64,000 bases of DNA from Oligoflexia bacterium (GTDB taxonomy: Bacteria > Bdellovibrionota > UBA1018), in contig CAVWVI010000003.1 of NCBI GenBank assembly GCA_963758495.1, positions 352,001 through 416,000 of the forward strand, written 5' to 3'. A program made the translations under genes and the position numbers. Shown here in pieces: positions 11,689-21,722 of this stretch. Numbering within the stretch: position 1 is the first letter of the stretch; the number at the start of each line of letters is the position of its first letter. The notes under the pieces were generated by a model that was given only the letters and a program-made list of their open reading frames with translations, had not been told where the DNA came from and made no database searches.

Positions 11689-11762
11689 GCACTAAAGTAG
11701 AGAGTCCTATTGCGCCGTAAAGATTTGGATTTCCGACGCAACAGGACTCCTTGCTATGCTTA
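11686..11762. repeat. Dispersed palindrome, copy A
   Basis: GAGTCCTATTGCGCCG, 16-nt loop TAAAGATTTGGATTTC, then CGACGCAACAGGACTC. Its ends overlap both flanking stop codons. Confidence 0.85.
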
Positions 11763-13558
11763 CTTCCAATCTGAATAAATTGCGGCTAATCGCGGTGTAA
11801 CCAACTTGAGATAGCGGCGATACAATCCACCTCTCTCTGCATCCCGAGTTGCATGTCGCGCAAGAACTTTAAGGGTTTCTTGATAAGCCAATGCCTGACA
11901 AAGGGTCTCGGCATGAATGATCAATTTATCAAACCGAGTGGGCTCATTCCAGTATTCCTTCTTAAATACCCGATTCACCTGAGCGATCGTTTCCATGAAT
12001 CCATTTTCTGAAAAATCAAGCTCAGGCTTCACACATCTCATCACTAAACTCACAAAGTTCTTCCGAAATTCATAAGTCACGGCTTTAAACTCTTATTAAA
12101 CGCCGACTCACCGATTGCACCCACCGGATGACCCGCTACTAGACTTTGTAGAAATTGAGTTGGATTCTTTTTTAACTCTTTTACAAAATCTTTCATCGCC
12201 ATGAGAGACTGAATCTGAGATGTGCCTTCATAGAGAAGGGCTCCAAAGCTATCTCGATGGAGTCGTTCGACACAATATTCCATCATAAAGCCATAACCTC
12301 CAAACGCCTGAATGGCTCGTTTGGACAACGTCGTATTTGCTTCAGCACCATAATACTTCACCAGAGGAGTTCGACGTCGAACCACTCGCGCAGATTTTGA
12401 AAAAAGCTTGGATTCATCCTGAGTCAATTCACCGGTATGGCGTTTTTTTAAATCTAAGCGTTGAAAAATATCGAAATGAGACATGGTATCTACCATGAGC
12501 GCACGAAATGCGTCTCTTTCTGTTTCCCAATCTTCAAGATTCCTTTTAAACAAAGGTAACTCAACCAAAGTCTTCCCAAATTGCTTACGAGTTTCTGCGT
12601 ATTGGCGTGCAGCATCTAGAGACGCTTCAATTCCGCCTAATCCTTGCATGCCTACAGAAATTCTGGCTTCATTCATAAGATGAAGCATTAACTTGAAACC
12701 TTCGTTTTCATTTCCAACTAACTTGGCTACCGTATTCTCATAGACCACTTCGCAGGTAGGCGAGCCATGCATTCCCATCTTTTCTTCAATTTTTGAAATT
12801 CTATAATTATGGACAGGTTTTTCCCTCCCTGCAGGCGTGATCCACTCCTCAGCAAAGAACATGGAAATCCCCTCTAATCCCTGCGGAGCACCCTTCACTC
12901 TAGCAAGAATAAAAGCCAGTCCTCCGCCCCCATTCGTGATAAAGCATTTAGAACCATTTAAAAGGTAAGTGCCATCACTTTGTTTTTCAGCCGAAGTTCG
13001 AACGGAGCCGACATCAGACCCAGCGTCCGATTCAGTCATACACATACTGCCGCTCAGTTCTCCACGCTGAATCAGGGGGAGATACTTTTTTTGAGTTTCA
13101 GCGTCACAAAATCGTTCAATCATGTCGGCGATACTTGCAAAGAAACCGATTTGCGTACTAGTTGATACGCAGGCCCTCGATAGCTGCCCGAAAACCAGAA
13201 ACCAAAGTGAGCCCGGAATCCCCATCCCTCCGTGCTTTGGATCAATCGCCATGCTGAAAAGATCTAAATCTTTAGCTTCCTGATAAGTTTTCTTTAAAAC
13301 ATCAGAAATCTGAACGGTCCCATCGACCAAGCATCCACCGCCTACTCGATCCAACTCGGCAGCCCGACCGGCAACTGTTTCGCCTGTCCACTTCCCTGTA
13401 GCAGTCAACAACTCCTCATAAAACGAAATCAGTTCCTCAGAGTTAGAAAAGCCATCAGAAGTTGGAAAATTAGGCCTATAGAGAGGGATAATAGAATCCC
13501 AATCAATTGCATGCCGAAACAAATACCGCCACTCCTTCGAATCAGAAAAATAGTTCAT
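11760..13558 (-). pseudogene. Acyl-CoA dehydrogenase split by a 1-nt frameshift near 12085
   Basis: Motifs MCMTESDAGSD, GSKCFIT, EEKMGMHGSPT and YEGTSQIQ. TTA-AAG-CCG-TGA becomes TTA-AAA-GCC-GTG-ACT-TAT with one added A, joining the 11760..12080 ORF. Confidence 0.8.
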
Positions 13559-13640
13559 TCTTTCATTTATAAAAAACAACGAGTAATTTGCAACAGTATT
13601 TCCGTTTTTATGTTAAAGTCCTCATTTTGGTCATCCATTT

Positions 13641-16538
13641 ATGATTTCGTCTGATTTTTATGACATCGTACAAAAAGCAAGTTTGCCTGGAATTTGGTCG
13701 AAAGGAGTTGCACTTTCTCGAACAGATTCCGTTATTGAAGACTCTCGTAATGAAGATGAAATTATACTCAGGGTTCGCGCAGCAGATCACCCTGTAAGCC
13801 GAAAAGTCACGCTCTGGCCTTTGGATGAGGATTGGTATTGTGACTGTGGGGCTAAGGTAAAAGTTTGTCCCCATATTGCAGCCGCTGTGATTTCACTCAA
13901 AAGTGGAAAAACGGTTTCAAACGCTACCCAAACTCTCACTTCAAAGTCAGCGCAGATTAGCTATCGTTTTAAAAGAAATGTGGGTGGACTTTTATTTGAG
14001 AGGTGGATCGTTTTTGGGACTCAAAAGGAAGAACTATTAACTGATTCACTTGTCAGTCGAGTGGGCGGAATTAGCTCGGGAAGAATCACTTCTTTACCTA
14101 TTGCTGCCACCAAAGAAGATTACGCCGTTGATGCTGCCCTAGGTTCTGGACGCCAGGTGAAACTTGATTCCATGACATTAGCGCAACTTTTCAAATCACT
14201 TGCGCATTGTTCAAATATTCAACTGGACGGCCAAACCGTGAGTGTTTCACCCAAACCGATTCAACTTTTAGCACAAGTGACCGACGAAGGTTCAGGATTC
14301 CGAATACAACAAATCAAAAACTCATTAGTCACTGAATCCTTTAAAGAAGCGGTTGCTCTTTGTGGCAATGTTCTAAGATGTATAGAAGTTCCAACACTCA
14401 CAACAGAAGAGAGAGCTCTCCTTTCCGGTGATGGAAAGTGCTTTTCTGGCAGAGAAGTTGTGCACTTGGTATCTGTGATCATTCCCTCTCTGAGAGAAAA
14501 AATTTCAATCGAAATCTTAAGTCATAAACTTCCAAAACTTAAACAAGTGCCACCTCGGATTGTTTTAGATTTAGAAAAACTAGGCACGACTGACACCCTT
14601 TCAGTTTTGCCCAAACTGGTTTATGGGACCCCCCATGATCCAATCCACTTAAACGAACTCTTCATAGCTGACCCCATAGCTGAAAAAAACATCATCAGAA
14701 AACTACAGAATGAACTCCAATTAACACCTGGGCACAGAGTCACTTTTGAAGGAGAATCCGCTGTAGAGTTCTGCTTACGCCTTAAAGATTGGGAGCTCTC
14801 AGGCGATGGTGTCAAGGCATTTTCTTTATCTGATACGCTTACCACTTCGATTCAATTTCAAGAAAGTGGGTTCCAATTATCTTTTGAGTCTCGAAATAAC
14901 AAAGCTCAAGCAGATCCTCAGCGAGTACTTCAAGCCTGGAGAGAAAATCATAACTACGTACCCCTTTTGGAAGGGGGATGGGCGCCTCTTCCAAAAGATT
15001 GGCTGGAACGCTTTGGAAGTCGGATTGCTTCACTTTTGGAATTTAAAGATTCAGCTCAGCAACTCCCCAGTTATTTGATTCCCGAACTCACAGAACTTTG
15101 TATTGAATCGAATCAACCCTACCCGGAGAGTTTTAAAAATTTAAGAACTTTTTTAGATCATACGGATACAATTCCAGAAGTAGAACCACCCAAGAATTTA
15201 AAGGCCACCCTCAGGCATTACCAACAGAAAGGCCTAAATTGGCTTTGCTTTTTGAGAGATTCGAAAATGGGGGCTATGCTTGCCGATGATATGGGGTTAG
15301 GAAAAACACTTCAAGCACTGTGCGCAATTCAAGGACGAACACTCATCATTGCTCCTACAAGTGTGTTACATGGCTGGGCAAATCAGATTAAACAGTTTCG
15401 TCCTGACCTCTCTTTTTCAACTTATTATGGAAATCAGCGAAAAATTGATTTATCCGCGAATATTATTCTAACTACCTATGCAATTCTGAGATTAGATCGG
15501 GAACAAATCACTCAAATCAATTGGGATACGATTATCTTAGATGAAGCGCAGGTGATTAAAAACCCAGACAGTCAGATTGCAAAAGCCGCTCATCTCCTTC
15601 GTGCAGACTCTCGAATTGCACTGAGCGGTACACCTATCGAAAATCGCTTAGACGATCTTTGGAGCCAATTCCAATTTTTAAATCCAGGCTTACTGGGAAC
15701 ACTTGAAAGTTTTCAAGAAAGGTTTGCCCTACCCATCTCTAAAGGGAACCTCTTAGTGGCCCAACAATTGAAAGAACGCATTCGTCCTTTCATTCTCAGG
15801 AGACTCAAACGAGAAGTTGCACCGGAGCTGCCGCCACGAACTGAAACGGTTCTTTACTGTGAACTCAGTGCCGAAGAAAAAGACGTTTATGACGCACTCT
15901 TAGCCTCAACTCGCCAAGAAGTACTGGATAAACTTGAGGCTGGAGGGAGTGTTTTTGCAGCGCTGGAATTATTACTCAGGCTCAGACAAGCCTGTTGCCA
16001 TGTATCACTTGTTCCAGGTCAACTGAGCCATAAATCATCAAAAATAGACTTACTCATTCAAACTTTGGAAAATTCAATTGCCCTCGGACATCGTGCACTG
16101 ATTTTTTCTCAATGGACTTCTTATTTAAATTTAATTGAGCCTCACTTAAAATCAAACAATATTACTTTCTCTAGATTAGATGGTACAACTCAAAATCGCC
16201 AACAAATCGTCGAGGAATTTCAAACTAGCACTACTTCCTCTGTCATGTTGATTTCCCTTAAAGCGGGAGGGATTGGATTAACCCTCACAGCTGCAGACCA
16301 TGTCTTTCTCATGGATCCTTGGTGGAACCCTACAGTTGAAGATCAAGCAGCAGATAGAACTCATAGAATTGGTCAGAAAAACCCTGTCTTAATCCATCGC
16401 CTCATTGCCGAAAATACAATTGAAGAGCGAATTCTCAATCTACAAAAAGCTAAATTAGAACTCGCTGCTTCGGTCCTCCAAGATGGCTCGCCAGCTGCTC
16501 CCATCACGAGAAACGATCTCATTCATTTATTAAATTAA
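13641..16538 (+). CDS. SWIM zinc finger plus SNF2-family DEAQ-box helicase
   Basis: Motifs CDC...CPHIAA, LADDMGLGKT, LDEAQ, SGTPIEN and QAADRTHRIGQ. Confidence 0.92.
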   Translation: MISSDFYDIVQKASLPGIWSKGVALSRTDSVIEDSRNEDEIILRVRAADHPVSRKVTLWPLDEDWYCDCGAKVKVCPHIAAAVISLKSGKTVSNATQTLTSKSAQISYRFKRNVGGLLFERWIVFGTQKEELLTDSLVSRVGGISSGRITSLPIAATKEDYAVDAALGSGRQVKLDSMTLAQLFKSLAHCSNIQLDGQTVSVSPKPIQLLAQVTDEGSGFRIQQIKNSLVTESFKEAVALCGNVLRCIEVPTLTTEERALLSGDGKCFSGREVVHLVSVIIPSLREKISIEILSHKLPKLKQVPPRIVLDLEKLGTTDTLSVLPKLVYGTPHDPIHLNELFIADPIAEKNIIRKLQNELQLTPGHRVTFEGESAVEFCLRLKDWELSGDGVKAFSLSDTLTTSIQFQESGFQLSFESRNNKAQADPQRVLQAWRENHNYVPLLEGGWAPLPKDWLERFGSRIASLLEFKDSAQQLPSYLIPELTELCIESNQPYPESFKNLRTFLDHTDTIPEVEPPKNLKATLRHYQQKGLNWLCFLRDSKMGAMLADDMGLGKTLQALCAIQGRTLIIAPTSVLHGWANQIKQFRPDLSFSTYYGNQRKIDLSANIILTTYAILRLDREQITQINWDTIILDEAQVIKNPDSQIAKAAHLLRADSRIALSGTPIENRLDDLWSQFQFLNPGLLGTLESFQERFALPISKGNLLVAQQLKERIRPFILRRLKREVAPELPPRTETVLYCELSAEEKDVYDALLASTRQEVLDKLEAGGSVFAALELLLRLRQACCHVSLVPGQLSHKSSKIDLLIQTLENSIALGHRALIFSQWTSYLNLIEPHLKSNNITFSRLDGTTQNRQQIVEEFQTSTTSSVMLISLKAGGIGLTLTAADHVFLMDPWWNPTVEDQAADRTHRIGQKNPVLIHRLIAENTIEERILNLQKAKLELAASVLQDGSPAAPITRNDLIHLLN

Positions 16539-16567
16539 AAAGGAACTCAGCCTCAAAAACATCCTAT

Positions 16568-17164
16568 TTAAGCAATTTCTCTTTTATCATGCTTAGCCCT
16601 GATTACTTTTTCTAACTCGCTCTCTTTACGAAGAGAGTCAAGGCGCCATTGCCCCTTAAATCGCTCGCCATTAATAAAAAAAGTGGGGGTCTCGGTTACT
16701 CCGCTTTGAATTGCACTATTGATGTCTTCAGCTAATCTTTCAGACAAATTTTTTGAATTCAAAGCTTTTTCAAATCTTTTCACATTGAGTCCCAGCTGGT
16801 AAGCATAATCCAATAAATCTTCTTGGTCTAAAGCTCCTTGATTTTCGAAAAGCATATGATGCATTTCCCAGAATTTTCCTTGTTGTGCGGCAGCTTCGGC
16901 AGCTAACGCTGCCTGACGTGCATGAAAATGAATGTCAACTAATGGAAAGTTTCTAAAAACATAGCCCATCTCCCCATGTAGATCCTGTAATAGTTTCTCT
17001 ACCACCGAATGAGCCTGAGCGGAAAATGGACATTCATAATCTCCATACTCCAAGAGAATTACCGACGATTCTGCTGCTCCTTGAATGTGATCTCTCTTGT
17101 CAATAGTTGGCGCATGCAAGCGAAGACTCCTTGGCTTATTTGATGAGATATCAGGCGGAATCAT
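16568..17164 (-). CDS. DsbA-like thioredoxin-fold protein
   Basis: EYGDYECPFS (a CxxS variant) and GV..TPTFFING. Confidence 0.85.
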   Translation of the reverse strand: MIPPDISSNKPRSLRLHAPTIDKRDHIQGAAESSVILLEYGDYECPFSAQAHSVVEKLLQDLHGEMGYVFRNFPLVDIHFHARQAALAAEAAAQQGKFWEMHHMLFENQGALDQEDLLDYAYQLGLNVKRFEKALNSKNLSERLAEDINSAIQSGVTETPTFFINGERFKGQWRLDSLRKESELEKVIRAKHDKREIA

Positions 17165-17204
17165 AATGGGAAGGTTTGCAAATGTCGGACTAGGTAATCA
17201 CGAG

Positions 17205-17220
17205 CGGAATACCAATTGCA
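17205..17220 (+). promoter_or_regulatory. Sigma-54 -24/-12 promoter
   Basis: CGGAATACCAATTGCA upstream of the YHS gene. Confidence 0.45.
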
Positions 17221-17274
17221 AATCGCTCTCATAGTTCTGACTTGCTAATAATTGAATATAAAGGAGTCAATCAG

Positions 17275-17487
17275 ATGGCACATCGAACCAATGTGATTCA
17301 AGTTTCAGAAAATATTGAATTCAAAAATGGACCTGAAAAAGTAACAGACCCAATCTGCAGAACCCAACTGACTCGCAAACTTGCAAAACATGTTCTCGTA
17401 AAAACTGATCATACCTATTATTTTTGTAGCAAAGAATGCTTGAATAAATTCATGTCACATCAATTACCTCAAGCCAAAGCATCCTAA
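17275..17487 (+). CDS. YHS-domain small protein
   Basis: DPIC...YYFCSKEC...F; AAGGAG RBS before the ATG at 17275. Confidence 0.8.
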   Translation: MAHRTNVIQVSENIEFKNGPEKVTDPICRTQLTRKLAKHVLVKTDHTYYFCSKECLNKFMSHQLPQAKAS

Positions 17488-17510
17488 CTTTAAAACCTCA
17501 TCGGATCACC

Positions 17511-18101
17511 TCAAATACCTGAGAATTCAAGAGAAGATGCATTTTCCTTCGGGTGTCCCACTATTTCAACCGTACTCGCTTGAGGACCTTCCTCTCCCAT
17601 TTCTTCTTTAAACCGAACCACTGTTCCAATCTGAAGTCGCTCGAACTGTTCACATAAGACACTGTTTTTATGAAAATAAATTTCTCTACCGTCAGCTGTT
17701 TGAAGAAATCCATAATCCCCATCACCCCTTAATATTCGAATCACTCGAGCATGAGGGGACATTTCATGATGTCTTTGTCTCGGAAGTCGTCTCACATGAT
17801 CTCTCAGTTTCCGCTCTACTGCATCAAAAGCATCGCGAATGGCCACGAATACGTCTTCATGAGAATGATTTTTTTCACGATCTTTTCCCACGACAATTTC
17901 ATGGCCAGGGATCGTTAAATCAATTAAAATTCGAAAAATTTTTCCTTGATTACGCCGTTTATGAGGAAGCTCAACCGTAACCCGACAGCTCAAAATACGA
18001 CTGTAAAATTTTTCTAATTTTTCTGCTTTCTTTTGAATGACCATTGCTACCGCATCAGAATGTTGAATCTTGTGAAAATTAATTTGAAGAATTGAATTCA
18101 T
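17511..18101 (-). CDS. HPF/RaiA ribosome-associated domain fused to a cold-shock domain
   Basis: N-terminal HPF fold (AIRDAFD..ERKL); C-terminal YGFL..DGREIYFH.NSV...GPQAS. Confidence 0.85.
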   Translation of the reverse strand: MNSILQINFHKIQHSDAVAMVIQKKAEKLEKFYSRILSCRVTVELPHKRRNQGKIFRILIDLTIPGHEIVVGKDREKNHSHEDVFVAIRDAFDAVERKLRDHVRRLPRQRHHEMSPHARVIRILRGDGDYGFLQTADGREIYFHKNSVLCEQFERLQIGTVVRFKEEMGEEGPQASTVEIVGHPKENASSLEFSGI

Positions 18102-18252
18102 CTATTTCGCGCTCCACTCTTTAGCTTTCTGTAAAAACAACCGACCTAATAGCCAAGCTAAAAGCCAAATCAAAAGATAAACTTGAGAATCGAAAGTACC
18201 TACTTCCTATGAAGCAAATCAGATTCCACCCTACGTCAAGCCGAAGCGTCAT

Positions 18253-18268
18253 TGGCATAACTACTGCT
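18253..18268 (+). promoter_or_regulatory. Sigma-54 -24/-12 promoter
   Basis: TGGCATAACTACTGCT. It implies the USP start is near 18284 rather than 18209. Confidence 0.55.
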
Positions 18269-18283
18269 TTCAAAATGACTCAT

Positions 18284-19276
18284 ATGCTTCCAAGCGCAAA
18301 ATCAAAAAGAATACTATGGTCGCTAGATCCCTTTGAAGAGGAAAGCGCCCTTCATAAAAATATGATTCAAATTTTGCGCTTATTCTTAAAATTAAATCAA
18401 ATCAATATTACCCCTATTTATGTTTTAGAATCGCAGTTTGATCCATTACTGCAGATCGAGTCTCTAACAATGAAACGAAAGTTGAAAACCACTCATCAAA
18501 CAATTCAAAGTCTCCTCCATAGAAATAAGCTTTCAGACCTTCTGCAAGCACCTGAGATCATCTGTAAACACTTTAACTCACCCATTCAAATTGCCGATGC
18601 AGTCATTCATTATGCACTTTTGAACCATACTGATCTTATTTTGGTAAATACTCACGGAAGGAAAGGAATCCAAAGATTTGTATTTGGAAGTTGCGCTGAA
18701 ACACTTGTCGTAAGATCACCTATCCCCGTACTCGTGGTAGGTGCTCGACCGTTAAAAACAGAGCATTTAACTCACATTCTTTTCCCGACTGATTTTTCCC
18801 AGGGTTCGAAAGAAATTTTTAGACAAATCGTGGCGACCGCCAAACAATTTCAAGCAAGCATCACACTCTTCCATGCGGCTTTAAACCCAAATGATCTCGG
18901 ATTTCAATCCGCTATTTATCTGATGAGTGAAATTTCAATTCCAGTTTCACTTTTTATTAACGTAGACTTTGCACGTAAAAAAAGAAGAATAAAAGCATGG
19001 GCTGCTTGGGCAAACCATCAAGGAGTTCCTACCACGGAAGAAATAGAACTTCGATCAAAGAATATCGCCCTCTCTATACTGAAGAAAGCAGAGCAACGAA
19101 AAGCTCATCTAATTACAATGCAAACTCAAAGTGGACCCATCAGCGCTTCAGTCATAGGGAGTGTTACCCGTGAAGTGATCCGAAGTGGCCTTTTTCCTGT
19201 CTGGACAATCCATTTTAGAAATAAGAGAAATGGCCGTCACCCTATCCGCCAAATTGCATCTTTCTTGTCTGCTTAA
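18284..19276 (+). CDS. Tandem-domain universal stress protein
   Basis: Motifs THGRKG...GSCAE..V.SPIPVLV, ILFPTDFS and GSVTREVIR. Confidence 0.85.
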   Translation: MLPSAKSKRILWSLDPFEEESALHKNMIQILRLFLKLNQINITPIYVLESQFDPLLQIESLTMKRKLKTTHQTIQSLLHRNKLSDLLQAPEIICKHFNSPIQIADAVIHYALLNHTDLILVNTHGRKGIQRFVFGSCAETLVVRSPIPVLVVGARPLKTEHLTHILFPTDFSQGSKEIFRQIVATAKQFQASITLFHAALNPNDLGFQSAIYLMSEISIPVSLFINVDFARKKRRIKAWAAWANHQGVPTTEEIELRSKNIALSILKKAEQRKAHLITMQTQSGPISASVIGSVTREVIRSGLFPVWTIHFRNKRNGRHPIRQIASFLSA

Positions 19277-19462
19277 TAAGAAAAAAACTAAAAGAATCAG
19301 CCGCCGTATGACTCAAGTAGCAACAAGACTCAACGCAAAATAGACAACCCTCTGATAAAGATTTATTTTCATTCTACTTTTCTTTGTTAACCAAGCATAC
19401 ATTTTCTTTGAGATGTAGTATTAGAGAGATATAATCGCTAGTCCACTGGAAAGGGGCTGCCC

Positions 19463-20830
19463 GTGGCGCGTATCCTTATAGTCGATGACGAAAAAAGCAT
19501 AAGCATGACAATGGAAGCCACACTGAAAAGTGCAAATCACCAAGTTGAACTTGCTGACAGTGGTGAAATGGCTCTTGCTCTCATGAGAAAATCCACTCCT
19601 GAAATTCTACTCACAGACCTCAGGATGGATGGAATGAGTGGTTTGGATCTTCTTGGCAAAACTCGAGAATATTTTCCCTCTGTGACAGTAGTCCTTATGA
19701 CTGCTTACGGCACAATTGATACTGCTATCACAGCCATAAAAAATGGAGCTTATGACTACCTAGTCAAACCCTTCACCCCTGAGCAACTTGAACACCTGAT
19801 TGAGAGAATTGAAGAATATCGCAAATTAAAAGCAGAAAATACTAAGTTACGAGATCAAGTCAACGCACTCTCAGAACCCACAACAATTGTAACCTTAAAC
19901 CTACGCATGCAAAAAGTATTAGACACATCAAAAAAAGTTGCTATTACTGACTCAACAATACTGATCACTGGCGAAAGTGGAACAGGAAAAACTTTACTTA
20001 CAAAATTTATCCATGATTCTAGCATGCGAGCAAAAGGACCTTTTGCGGTGGTCAATTGCGCAACCCTTTCCGAGAATTTACTTGAAAGTGAACTGTTTGG
20101 TCACGTGAGAGGGGCTTTTACGGGTGCAGTAAAAGATAAATTAGGCCGCTTACAAGCTGCAGACACAGGAACTGTTTTTCTTGATGAAATCGGAGAAATT
20201 TCGCCTAGCCTTCAAACAAAACTACTTCGATTCCTTCAGGAACGTGAGTTTGAACGGGTCGGAGATACAAGAACCATTCGAGTCAATGTAAGAATAATCG
20301 CCGCTACAAATAAGGACTTAGAAAAAGAAGTGAAGGCCGGAAGGTTTAGAGAAGATCTTTATTTTCGACTCAATGTTATCGATTTGCATATGCCTTCATT
20401 AAAACAAAGGAAAGAGGATATTCTCATCCTAGCAGACCAACTCCTGGCAAAATCTTTTACTTCGATTGGACGTAATTCCCGCCCTCTGAGTGAAGAGGCC
20501 AAACAGGTCATTGAACATTATAGTTGGCCTGGAAATATACGCGAATTAAAGAATGCAATGGAAAGAGCGGCAATATTATGCACGACGGATCAAGTGACAC
20601 TTGAGGACCTTCCCGATCGAGTCATTGAAGGCTCTCAACAAAACATAGAGCAAGTCAGTCCATCTCAAGATCAAATGATGACCCCGACAGATACCAACCT
20701 AGAGGAATTAGAAAAACAACATATTCGCCATATTCTTGCCACTGCGCATACTCTGGAAGAAGCAGCAAGCATTTTAGGAATTAACTTAAGCACCCTTTGG
20801 CGAAAACGAAAAAGATATGGTTTAGAATAA
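19463..20830 (+). CDS. Sigma-54-dependent response regulator (REC-AAA+-HTH)
   Basis: ILIVDD receiver, GESGTGK, GAFTGA and a Fis-type HTH. Confidence 0.95.
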   Translation: MARILIVDDEKSISMTMEATLKSANHQVELADSGEMALALMRKSTPEILLTDLRMDGMSGLDLLGKTREYFPSVTVVLMTAYGTIDTAITAIKNGAYDYLVKPFTPEQLEHLIERIEEYRKLKAENTKLRDQVNALSEPTTIVTLNLRMQKVLDTSKKVAITDSTILITGESGTGKTLLTKFIHDSSMRAKGPFAVVNCATLSENLLESELFGHVRGAFTGAVKDKLGRLQAADTGTVFLDEIGEISPSLQTKLLRFLQEREFERVGDTRTIRVNVRIIAATNKDLEKEVKAGRFREDLYFRLNVIDLHMPSLKQRKEDILILADQLLAKSFTSIGRNSRPLSEEAKQVIEHYSWPGNIRELKNAMERAAILCTTDQVTLEDLPDRVIEGSQQNIEQVSPSQDQMMTPTDTNLEELEKQHIRHILATAHTLEEAASILGINLSTLWRKRKRYGLE

Positions 20831-20835
20831 TTTAA

Positions 20836-21531
20836 TTAGGCTGCTATTTCCTTAGTTGAATGATTGCGCTCAATTAAATTTAGAATTTCTTGATTTGTTA
20901 AGCTTCTTAAGAGTGCGAGCAAAGCTAAAGAACCTAAAACCACCCTACTGAGACGTCTTTGATTCAGCGCATACATTCCTAAAAAACCTCCCATAACTCC
21001 TACAATGAGTCGGCTCGCAGGGGACCAATTCTTTTGAAACACATCGATCTGATGATGCCCCCGTCGAATTTCACCTCCCTGTAAGCTCGATATCTTTTCA
21101 TCCGCACGATGGGGCTCTAAATGATTTTCAACACCTCGAACCCCGCGTACCTTTCTTACAGCAGAAATAAGTGGGCTCACTTCATGATTTAATAAAACTC
21201 CGCTTAAAATAATTCTGCCTCTTCTTACATTCACTTTTATCGCATGAGGATGGGATACCCACCGACCAATTTTTGCCCGTACTCGAGCGACTAGTACCTC
21301 ATCGATTACTTCTTCCCTTTCAAAAAATCCTCGAGCGCTGGCAATAACTCCTTGAGTTCGATGAACCAAATCACGAACTGCAACATCCATTGCATCTTGA
21401 GTCTGCCGTGCAATATGACTCACTTTATCTTTGAAGATAGCCCTCCGACGCAAACCCTTTGTTGGGTCAAAAATGTACATTGTACTCATTCCTAACCCAA
21501 AAGCAGCTAGCAAAGTTGAATATCGTCTCAT
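20836..21531 (-). CDS. BON-domain membrane-associated protein
   Basis: D..L.ARVRAKIGR.VSHPHAI.V...G.I.LSG...V.GVRGVENHL. Confidence 0.8.
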   Translation of the reverse strand: MRRYSTLLAAFGLGMSTMYIFDPTKGLRRRAIFKDKVSHIARQTQDAMDVAVRDLVHRTQGVIASARGFFEREEVIDEVLVARVRAKIGRWVSHPHAIKVNVRRGRIILSGVLLNHEVSPLISAVRKVRGVRGVENHLEPHRADEKISSLQGGEIRRGHHQIDVFQKNWSPASRLIVGVMGGFLGMYALNQRRLSRVVLGSLALLALLRSLTNQEILNLIERNHSTKEIAA

Positions 21532-21610
21532 CTTAAATGATCTCCAGAAAATATTTTTTAGTAACCCATTTTTATAGAATTACCTAAGTCGTTCCTTTAA
21601 GGCCGTTGAC

Positions 21611-21682
21611 AAGCATTGTAAGGAGTCCTCTTGCGCCGTAAAGATTTGGATTCCCGGCGCAACAGCACTCCTTGCAGTGCTT
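21611..21682. repeat. Dispersed palindrome, copy B (28-bp arms, 16-nt loop)
   Basis: AAGCATTGTAAGGAGTCCTCTTGCGCCG, loop TAAAGATTTGGATTCC, then CGGCGCAACAGCACTCCTTGCAGTGCTT. Confidence 0.9.
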
Positions 21683-21722
21683 ACGAATTACTTTATGCAA
21701 AGAACATGAACAACAGTTCAAG

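Noticed and set aside
13641..16538. SNF2 helicase with nearby PLD nuclease as an anti-phage system
   Set aside because: The genes are separated and not co-oriented. The PLD has a signal peptide, and SWIM-SNF2 is a common housekeeping architecture.
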